The translations under genes and the position numbers were made by a program. This document shows, piece after piece, positions 17,402-23,973 of a stretch of DNA of 32,716 nt. The stretch spans positions 222-32,937 of the forward strand of contig CAZHHS010000002.1 in NCBI GenBank assembly GCA_964532395.1. The letters are read 5' to 3'. Numbering within the stretch: the first letter of the stretch is position 1; the number at the start of each line of letters is the position of its first letter. The stretch is from an uncultured Desulfobacterales bacterium (GTDB lineage Bacteria > Desulfobacterota > Desulfobacteria > Desulfobacterales > C00003060). The notes beneath the pieces are model-generated. The model worked only from the letters and a program-made list of their open reading frames with translations, was not told the DNA's origin and did not search any database.

Positions 17402-18013
17402 TCAGTAAACACCGCATTTATACGCTTCAGCAGCGATCTTCGTCGCCGGTTTGTCCGCCACGACAATGGCCCCGGCAGGACATACCTCGAGACAATCCCC
17501 CCTTTTGAAGCATCGTTTCTCCCGGATCTCGAAAGGCGAAAACCCTGTGTCATGCAATGCCGTTTTCTCCATACCCAAAATGGCATTGTATTCACACACG
17601 GCCTTACACTCACCACACATGGTACACCTGTCGGGAACAATCCGATACTCGATGAACGCCTCACATGCCCGGTCCGAGCACTTTCCCTCCGTATGCGCTG
17701 CAAAGGCGTCATATGCCATACATTCCAACAAATAGGCGGCCGTGTTGCCGCCCTTCTTGCACAATGAGCCGACCTGCATATTTTCCGCTATATATCGGAG
17801 GGCAGCCAAATCTCGCTGGTCACCCCGTCCGTCGGCGATGCGAGCCAGCCTGGCTTTTGCCTCAACGGTGCCAAGGGCACAGGGAAAACACCGACCACAC
17901 ATGACCTCTGAAAGAAACCGGTCCACATAGGCGGTACACCTTTGGACGGGGCAGCGCTTTTCCTCCGCCTCTGCTCTTAGCCGGGCATCAATCGTGCGTT
18001 TCTTTGACTCCAC
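17402..18013 (-). CDS. Small Fe-S protein: NuoF-C-terminal-like [4Fe-4S] domain fused to a 2x[4Fe-4S] ferredoxin domain
   Basis: CGRCFPCALGT...(about 40 aa)...SLCKKG mirrors the N3-cluster motif SCGKCxPCR...LC of NuoF. It is followed by CTMCGECKAVCE and CFKRGDCLEVCP. Confidence 0.75.
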   Translation of the reverse strand: MESKKRTIDARLRAEAEEKRCPVQRCTAYVDRFLSEVMCGRCFPCALGTVEAKARLARIADGRGDQRDLAALRYIAENMQVGSLCKKGGNTAAYLLECMAYDAFAAHTEGKCSDRACEAFIEYRIVPDRCTMCGECKAVCEYNAILGMEKTALHDTGFSPFEIREKRCFKRGDCLEVCPAGAIVVADKPATKIAAEAYKCGVY

Positions 18014-18021
18014 ACATCACC

Positions 18022-20361
18022 TCAATAGATCTCACGCGCCATGTAAACCACTTCCGGCAAGAGATAGGACACCAAGTCTCTGTAGGTAATGATACCCGCG
18101 ATCTTATCGTCCTCCACCACCGGCAGGTGCCTCTTCTTCTGGTCCGAAATCACCGACATTGCGGCGCTCACGTCCACGGACGCCTTAAATGTAATCAGGT
18201 TTCGGCTCATTGCGCTACGGATCGGTCGGCTCCCAAAAGCCACCCCCTTGGCTGTGAGATGAACCACGTCTCTTTCCGTAAAAATACCCACCAGCTGGTC
18301 ATCTTCGTCCACGACCAGAACCGCGCCGATGTTTTTATCCACCATAAGCTTAACCGCTTCCGAGATGGGGGTGTCTTGGGAAACGGTATGTACGACTGAG
18401 GGCTTCGATTCCAAAACATCTCGCAGTGTCATATGGACTCTCCTTTCGATGACCTCCAGACTCTCAGCAGGGATCTTGAATTCTTCCGTAAGTTCAAATT
18501 GCCGCTTTTTGAGGATGCGAACCGCGTCGACCGGACAGGCCTCATAGCAAGCTCCGCATTTTGTGCAATACGCCTGGTCCACGAAATAGGCGTCTTTGAC
18601 AACCTTTATGGCGTCGAACGCACAGGCATCTTCACAAAACCCGCAGCGGAAACACTCACCGACGTTTATCACGAAAAAACCGGTTCCTTTACAACTCCCG
18701 GCTCGACAGTATCGGTCATATACGTGTTCCCGATACTCTTCTCGGAAATACTTGATGGCGCTTAAAACCGGGTTGGGCGCCGACTGTCCCAGGCCGCACA
18801 GCGAGCCCTCCTGAACGAAACGCCCCAACTCGACCAGTCGCTTGATGTCTCCCCGTTCGCCCCGGCCTTGGCTGATTTTTTCCAATAGTTGGAGCATTTG
18901 ATAGGTGCCGATCCGGCAGGGCGGACACTTCCCGCACGACTCCGCCTGGGTAAAAGCCAGGAAATAGCGGGCCACATCGACCATACAGGTGTCCTCGTCG
19001 AGAACAACCATGCCGCCCGAACCGACCATGGAACCCACCTTGTTCAAAGAATCAAAGTCGACCGGCATATCCAGATGCTTCTCGGGAATACAGCCCCCGG
19101 ACGGCCCCCCGGTTTGTACCGCTTTAAACCGCTTTCCCCCTTGTATGCCGCCACCAATATCGAAAATGACCTCCCTCAAGGTAATGCCCATCGGAACCTC
19201 GACCAAACCCGTGTTGACCACTTTTCCCGTAAGGGCAAAGACCTTGGTACCCGGGGAGGTCCGAACCCCGATACGGCTGAACCATTTCCCGCCCTTTTCA
19301 ATGATGGGTGGCAGGCATGCGTACGATTCGATGTTGTTCAGATTGGAGGGGTATCCCCAAACCCCGCCGCCCGGATTGGACAGCCGCGGCGGTCTGGGTC
19401 TCGGAAACCCCCGTGCCCCCTCGATGGACGCCACCAGCGCCGTCGATTCACCGCATATGAATGCCCCCGCCCCCTCCCGAATATCCAGGTGCAGGGACAT
19501 CCCGGTCCCCAGAATATTTTCGCCCAGCAAGCCCAACTCCTCGGCTTGGTTGATGGCGATTCTCAGATTCTTCACCGCCCGTGGATATTCATGACGCACG
19601 TAGATGAATCCGTACGATGCCCCGATAGCATACGCACACAGGAGCATCCCCTCGATCAGGCTGTGCGGATCGCCCTCCATGATCGCACGATCCATGAAAG
19701 CACCGGGATCTCCCTCATCGCCGTTGGCAATGACAAACTTCACATCCCCCGGGGCCTTCTTGGCGTGCCGCCACTTGGTACCCGCCGGGAATCCCGCGCC
19801 CCCTCTACCCCGCAAATAGGCCGTCTCGACCTCCCGGAGGACGTCGTCGGGAGTCATGGACCGGAGCGCCTTCTGAATGGCGGTATATCCACCCGTAGCT
19901 ATATAGTGCCGTATGTTCGTCGGATCGATGCGCCCGTTCTTTTTAAGGACTATGCGGTCTTGTTTTCGGTAAAACGGGATAGAAGAGAGCCGCTCGCACG
20001 GCTGTGACGTGTCGCGATCCATATAGAGCAGACGCCGTATCGGCGGCCCGGCAGACACGGCATTGGTAACCAACGCGGCGGCGTCCGATTCTCTCACGCG
20101 CTGATAGAAATACCCTTTGGGGTCGATTTGCACCAGCGGCCCTTTCTGACAAAGCCCTTGACATCCCGTTTTGATTACCTCGACATGGGAACCTTTCCGT
20201 TTGTTTTCCGCCTCAATGCCCTCGACTAACCGACCGGCACCCGAAGCCAGACAGGCAGTCCCCGTACAGACCCGAATGCGTTCCCTGTCCGGAGGGAAAA
20301 CCTCATCACGTAAATATTGGCGCCAGCTATCGAGTTCTTGAACACTCATTGCATATGTCAT
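18022..20361 (-). CDS. NuoF/HydB-like NAD(P)H-binding flavoprotein with N-terminal Trx-like [2Fe-2S], C-terminal 2x[4Fe-4S] and a C-terminal CBS pair
   Basis: N-terminus CTGTAC...CQGLC. Core motifs GRGGAGFPAG, GDEGDPGAF and ESCGKCPPCRIGT...SLCGLGQSAPNP. Ferredoxin motifs CFRCGFCEDAC and CTKCGACYEACP. The last 136 aa form two CBS repeats (ISEAVKLMVDKNIGAVLVVDEDDQLVGIFTERD ; VSAAMSVISDQKKRHLPVVEDDKIAGIITYRD). Confidence 0.9.
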   Translation of the reverse strand: MTYAMSVQELDSWRQYLRDEVFPPDRERIRVCTGTACLASGAGRLVEGIEAENKRKGSHVEVIKTGCQGLCQKGPLVQIDPKGYFYQRVRESDAAALVTNAVSAGPPIRRLLYMDRDTSQPCERLSSIPFYRKQDRIVLKKNGRIDPTNIRHYIATGGYTAIQKALRSMTPDDVLREVETAYLRGRGGAGFPAGTKWRHAKKAPGDVKFVIANGDEGDPGAFMDRAIMEGDPHSLIEGMLLCAYAIGASYGFIYVRHEYPRAVKNLRIAINQAEELGLLGENILGTGMSLHLDIREGAGAFICGESTALVASIEGARGFPRPRPPRLSNPGGGVWGYPSNLNNIESYACLPPIIEKGGKWFSRIGVRTSPGTKVFALTGKVVNTGLVEVPMGITLREVIFDIGGGIQGGKRFKAVQTGGPSGGCIPEKHLDMPVDFDSLNKVGSMVGSGGMVVLDEDTCMVDVARYFLAFTQAESCGKCPPCRIGTYQMLQLLEKISQGRGERGDIKRLVELGRFVQEGSLCGLGQSAPNPVLSAIKYFREEYREHVYDRYCRAGSCKGTGFFVINVGECFRCGFCEDACAFDAIKVVKDAYFVDQAYCTKCGACYEACPVDAVRILKKRQFELTEEFKIPAESLEVIERRVHMTLRDVLESKPSVVHTVSQDTPISEAVKLMVDKNIGAVLVVDEDDQLVGIFTERDVVHLTAKGVAFGSRPIRSAMSRNLITFKASVDVSAAMSVISDQKKRHLPVVEDDKIAGIITYRDLVSYLLPEVVYMAREIY

Positions 20362-20376
20362 CTTTGTCCAAGCCTT

Positions 20377-20862
20377 TTAGGTATCGATGATTCGCTGAAT
20401 CACTTGACCAACCCCGTCACAAGAGAGTTCTCCCACCACGTCGCTGTTGACGGAAATGACGGGAGCCAACCCGCAACACCCGATGCAACTCACCGTTTCC
20501 AAAGTCATGGCCAGATCCGGGGTGGTACCCCCGACCGGCACCTGGAAGCGGTCTTGGAGGAGGGACAGCACCTCGGAAGCCCCCTTCACATGACACGCCG
20601 TACCCATACAGACCTTCACCACTGTCCTGCCTCTCGGTGAAAAGTGGAACTGGTCATAGAAACTGGCCACTCCGTATACCTCCGCCAACGGAATAGACAA
20701 TCTCTGTGCAAGCGCTTGTAATACTTCAGGGGCCAGATATCCCAATTCATCCTGGAGTCGATGGAGAAGAGGAATCAGCAGGCCTCTGTCTCTCGCGAAT
20801 GCAGGGGTTGTTTGGGCCGCTCTTTCCAGGGCGCCACTCATCATCAGTGCGTCGATATCCAT
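20377..20862 (-). CDS. NuoE/HydC-like thioredoxin-fold [2Fe-2S] subunit
   Basis: 161 aa with the CMGTACHVKG...CIGCCGLAP pattern typical of NuoE/HndA/HydC. Confidence 0.9.
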   Translation of the reverse strand: MDIDALMMSGALERAAQTTPAFARDRGLLIPLLHRLQDELGYLAPEVLQALAQRLSIPLAEVYGVASFYDQFHFSPRGRTVVKVCMGTACHVKGASEVLSLLQDRFQVPVGGTTPDLAMTLETVSCIGCCGLAPVISVNSDVVGELSCDGVGQVIQRIIDT

Positions 20863-20928
20863 CAGGTCACCTCGTTGATAAGAATCTGTTGAATCGATTC
20901 TGCAATCAGTAGTCTATTTCCCAGTGAA

Positions 20929-20944
20929 TACCAGTTCCGTGCCA
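20929..20944 (-). promoter_or_regulatory. Possible sigma-54 promoter TGGCAC-GGAAC-TGGTA upstream of the nuoE-like operon
   Basis: Perfect -24 element with correct spacing, but the -12 element reads TGGT instead of TTGC. It lies 67-82 nt upstream of ATG 20862. Confidence 0.3.
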
Positions 20945-21035
20945 ACGAAACAGGGCCTGGAAGCCTTCAGCTCACGATGGCGTAACCTTTTGATATTCTG
21001 TTTTTATTCCGTCCGTGTCAGTTACCACCCTCAAA

Positions 21036-21074
21036 ACGATTAAAAACCGGCCGGGGCGTTTCGCCCCAACACCG
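21036..21074 (-). terminator. Orphan minus-strand intrinsic terminator-like hairpin
   Basis: On the minus strand, GGGGCG-AAA-CGCCCC (extendable by G.U/G-C pairs) is followed by GGCCGG and then TTTTTAATCGTTTT. No annotated minus-strand gene ends here. Confidence 0.4.
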
Positions 21075-21154
21075 AACAAAAACACCCCAAGCATGATCTC
21101 TCGAGAGAGCGGCTGCATCGCTTCAGCCGAACAGCGCCTGGAAAACAAGACCAG

Positions 21155-21183
21155 TAGACATGGGCAGCTAAAAAACGTATACT
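21155..21183 (+). promoter_or_regulatory. Sigma-70-like promoter (TAGACA-17 nt-TATACT) giving a roughly 260-nt leader for the S1-domain gene
   Basis: Good hexamers with an exact 17-nt spacer. The next plus-strand gene starts at 21450. Confidence 0.45.
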
Positions 21184-21311
21184 CAAATTTTGCACCCCAA
21201 TTTTAACCGGACTGCCTCCAACACTGGAGTCTAAGGCCGCTATATGCAGGAAGGTGCGGGAAGGAATTTCGTTGAACGAGGGCCTACACGGATAGCGCCC
21301 ACCTTCCTTTC

Positions 21312-21400
21312 GGGAACCGCTTGACGGAATTGTAGGCCCGAGTGAAGCGGAGTTCCTTCCCGCACCGGGCAAAAAGCCTTGTACCGGGTGCAACACTTGA
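21312..21400 (+). repeat. Copy 1 of an 89-90-nt two-hairpin repeated element
   Basis: Compared with 25630-25719 in the same orientation, 84 of 89 aligned positions are identical, plus one 1-nt indel. Hairpin 1 is GGAA/CCGCTT...AAGCGG/TTCC. Hairpin 2 is GCACCGG...CCGGGTGC. Confidence 0.75.
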
Positions 21401-21449
21401 GACGTATACTTCCTTTTCAAGTCAATAACCGAAACAACGGAGGGATTGG

Positions 21450-22682
21450 ATGGACGAAACAGGTAAAGCGGATTCCGTAAACAAGCCGGCGGAAGAAGAT
21501 TTTGAAGCGCTCTTGGAACAAGGCATGGGGGACCCGGCGGTTTTTGATCCGGGAGACAAGGTAAACGCCGTCATCACCCAAATCACCCAAGACTGGACGT
21601 TCATTGACTTCGGCGGAAAGGCGGACGGCTACATCGGGACCAACGAATTTATAGATGGGCAAGCACAGATCACCGTCCAAGAGGGAGATACCCTAGACGC
21701 CTTCTTTTTACCGTCCCCACGTCATCCCATGCGGTTTACGACCCGGCTTACCGCGGAGACAGTAGAAACGGACGCCTTAACGGATCACCTGGCGGACGCC
21801 TATCATAGCGGTATCCCCTTGGACGGGACCATAGAAAAGGAGATCAAGGGGGGCTTCGCCGTTAAAATAGGCGGAAATCTCCGCGTCTTTTGTCCCTACT
21901 CTCAAATGGCCATCCACAAGACAGCAGACCCGGCCCAATACATCGGACAGAGCCTCACCTTTAAGATCATCCAGTTTGAAAAGGGCGGTCGTAATGTCGT
22001 CGTCTCTCACCGGGTCATTTTGGAGGAACAACGCGAAGAGGCCAAGAAAGCGCTTCGACAAACACTCCACGAGGGCACCACCGTAACGGGCGCCATCACG
22101 TCAATCGCCTCATTCGGCGCGTTTGTAGACATCGGCGGTCTTGAGGGCCTGATTCCCATATCGGAAATATCCTGGGGCCGGGTGGCGGATATTCACGACC
22201 ATTTACGCATAGGACAAGAAGTGGACGTGGTTGCCAAGTCCTTGGACTGGGAAAATGACAAGTTTTCATTCAGTCTCAAAGAAACCCGAACCGACCCGTG
22301 GGAAAACGTTCCCGCCAGCTATCCCGAAGGCTCACTCCATACGGGTACCGTCGCCCGCCTGGCCCCATTCGGGGCCTTCGTCACTCTTGAACCGGGCGTA
22401 GACGGACTCCTGCACATTTCGGAACTCGGCAAGGAAAGGCACATCCATCACCCCAAAGAGGTGTTGGCGGAAAACCAGGCCGTCGAGGTGAAGATCAGTC
22501 GGTTGGATGTCAAACAAAAACGTCTCTCCCTTGAACTGCCCACAAAAGACCTGCAACAAAGCGATGCATACCAAAAATATGTGGCGCAGAACCACAGTTC
22601 CGGTTCCATGGGGACCCTGGGCGATCTTTTGCGCGCCCGTATGGACCGGACGGACCAGAAGGACGAAAAGAAGAAACCGTAG
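21450..22682 (+). CDS. Multi-S1-domain RNA-binding protein (ribosomal protein S1-like)
   Basis: 410 aa with about four S1/OB repeats (e.g. GTTVTGAITSIASFGAFVDIGGLEGLIPISEIS ; GSLHTGTVARLAPFGAFVTLEPGVDGLLHISEL) and a GGAGGG SD. Confidence 0.85.
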   Translation: MDETGKADSVNKPAEEDFEALLEQGMGDPAVFDPGDKVNAVITQITQDWTFIDFGGKADGYIGTNEFIDGQAQITVQEGDTLDAFFLPSPRHPMRFTTRLTAETVETDALTDHLADAYHSGIPLDGTIEKEIKGGFAVKIGGNLRVFCPYSQMAIHKTADPAQYIGQSLTFKIIQFEKGGRNVVVSHRVILEEQREEAKKALRQTLHEGTTVTGAITSIASFGAFVDIGGLEGLIPISEISWGRVADIHDHLRIGQEVDVVAKSLDWENDKFSFSLKETRTDPWENVPASYPEGSLHTGTVARLAPFGAFVTLEPGVDGLLHISELGKERHIHHPKEVLAENQAVEVKISRLDVKQKRLSLELPTKDLQQSDAYQKYVAQNHSSGSMGTLGDLLRARMDRTDQKDEKKKP

Positions 22683-22691
22683 CTTTTAAGG

Positions 22692-22718
22692 TTCTTCTCC
22701 AATTTGCTTGGAGAAGAG
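22692..22718 (+). terminator. Stem-loop TTCTTCTCCAA-TTTGC-TTGGAGAAGAG right after the S1-gene stop (no clear U-tract)
   Basis: 10-11-bp stem, 10 nt after the TAG stop. Confidence 0.4.
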
Positions 22719-22722
22719 GGTC

Positions 22723-22890
22723 AGTGTACTGTCATGTATCAAGTGTCTGGTCTGAAAGAAAGTGAAGCATTACGTACGTCATTCCGGCGAAAGCCGGAAT
22801 CCAGTTTTGTGGCGAATTCGGAGATTCTGGATTCCGGGTCAAGCCCGGAATGACGGCACGTTGACAACATTATGCATATGACAGGACACT
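22723..22890. repeat. Composite palindromic element: outer 15-bp inverted repeats enclosing an ATTCCGG-type REP-like double hairpin
   Basis: Outer arms are AGTGTACTGTCATGT and ATATGACAGGACACT (13/15 complementary). Inner arms are ACGTACGTCATTCCGGCGAAAGCCGGAATCCAG (from 22773) and CTGGATTCCGGGTCAAGCCCGGAATGACGGCACGT (to 22860). Each arm is itself a hairpin. Confidence 0.7.
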
Positions 22891-22934
22891 AGGAGTCAAG
22901 GATCCAAGGGCTTGTTTTCCTAATCTGACCGACA

Positions 22935-23139
22935 AGCATTGGGACCGCTTCAAATTTTAAAGCACCTAACTGTCTGAGGCCACTAGAGACCCTTGATTCC
23001 GTTGGCGGGGCGCACGTCGAATGCACCACGCACGTTGCAAGACCCATATAACAAACTCAGAAAAGACGGTCCCAACGGAATTTAGGGTCTCTTGGGGCCG
23101 AGTTTTAGGGGCTTTAAAATTTCAAGCGGTCCCAATGCT
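22935..23139. mobile_element. MITE-like 205-bp element: about 70-bp imperfect terminal inverted repeats around a 66-bp core, flanked by CGAC(A/C) direct repeats
   Basis: Left arm 22935-23005 and right arm 23072-23139, with about 54/70 complementary by manual alignment. Flanks are CGACA (22930-34) and CGACC (23140-44). It has no coding capacity. Confidence 0.55.
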
Positions 23140-23217
23140 CGACCTTCTCAAAGACGACAAGTCAAGTTTGTTGGAAGTCTTTTGCGAGGGTGTCGGTTTT
23201 AAAGGTTTCGGTCCCAC

Positions 23218-23934
23218 CTATCGCTTATCGGAGTAATACCTTGCCAACCGGTGAGGCGATACGCCTGCCGTATATCTCAGGATCATCGACCAGTTTCTCA
23301 CCGTAGTAAAAAGGGCTTGCTCTTTCTCCCACCGCCGTGCCGAAGTCCGAACGAATCCATCGACGAGCTTGAACCCGCCCAGGCGTCTCAACCGTTCCAC
23401 CAGCCCGACATCTTCCATAATCGGCCAGTCCGGAAATCCACCTGCCAGAAAATAGGTGGCCCGGCGAACGAAAATCGCCTGGTCCCCATACGGGAGCGCA
23501 AACAGTTTGGACCTCAAATTGGCCCAGCCGGCGATGAGACGACGCCCCAGGGAGGGCGGATCGATTGCCAGACGAAAGGCCCCAAAGGCGATGTTCGGGT
23601 CGAAAAGTGCACCTTCAATGAAGCGGCCATAAGTGCTGGGAAGTCGGGTATCGGCATGAACAAAAGCGAGAACATCGCCTGAGGCATACGATGCCCCCGC
23701 GCGTTGTTGCGCTCCTCGTGACTTGGGGGAAGCCAAAACCTCACATCCATAATCCCGGGCGATCACGCAGGTCTTATCCGCGCTTCCTCCGTCGACAACC
23801 AGAATCTCGAACGCCTCATCCCCCAACGCCGCCAGCGTTTTGGCAAGATACCGTTCTTCATTGAAGGTGGGTATAATAATGGATAGTCTCATAACCCTCA
23901 GTGTATGCCTCCTTGACACCGGATTACAGACCAT
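23218..23934 (-). CDS. Family-2 glycosyltransferase (GT-A fold)
   Basis: LSIIIPTFNEERYL...VVDGGSADKT...FVHADT motifs. The start is ambiguous (ATG 23934 or ATG 23892 = MRLSIIIPT). Confidence 0.8.
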   Translation of the reverse strand: MVCNPVSRRHTLRVMRLSIIIPTFNEERYLAKTLAALGDEAFEILVVDGGSADKTCVIARDYGCEVLASPKSRGAQQRAGASYASGDVLAFVHADTRLPSTYGRFIEGALFDPNIAFGAFRLAIDPPSLGRRLIAGWANLRSKLFALPYGDQAIFVRRATYFLAGGFPDWPIMEDVGLVERLRRLGGFKLVDGFVRTSARRWEKEQALFTTVRNWSMILRYTAGVSPHRLARYYSDKR

Positions 23935-23973
23935 ACCATAATACCCTAATTCACTGTAGCGGGAAGGACCCTT

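Noticed and set aside
17858-17873. Sigma-54-like motif TGGCAC-N7-GGCA (GG-N10-GC) on the minus strand
   Set aside because: It lies inside the coding sequence of the 203-aa Fe-S protein, has a poor -12 context and has no downstream gene start to serve. It is probably a chance match.
18889-20007. 372-aa plus-strand ORF. Similar long antisense ORFs occur at 11448..12314, 29085..30020, 2513..3250, 18989..19594 and 26051..26572.
   Set aside because: All lie antisense to genes with unmistakable family motifs (NuoF, sigma-54 activator, CooS, HmcA, the reductase). Their translations are Arg/Pro/Gly-rich with no motifs, which is typical of GC-rich shadow ORFs.
21040-21420. 126-aa minus-strand ORF in the nuoE/S1 intergenic region
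   Set aside because: It has no SD and a low-complexity, Arg/Ser/Gly/Pro-rich translation with no motif. It runs through the repeat element, a plus-strand promoter and a terminator hairpin, so the region is better explained as non-coding structured sequence.
20900-21430. Tested whether the structured region is RNase P RNA, tmRNA, 6S, SRP RNA or a known riboswitch (cobalamin, SAM, TPP, c-di-GMP, Moco, glycine, SAH, fluoride)
   Set aside because: None of the invariant motifs I know are present on either strand, for example GAGGAAAGUCCGG plus ACAGAA..GGCUUA for RNase P, the tRNA-like ends of tmRNA, or the B12 box. GGAGGCAGTCCGG is only a superficial resemblance. The call is left as an unknown structured element.
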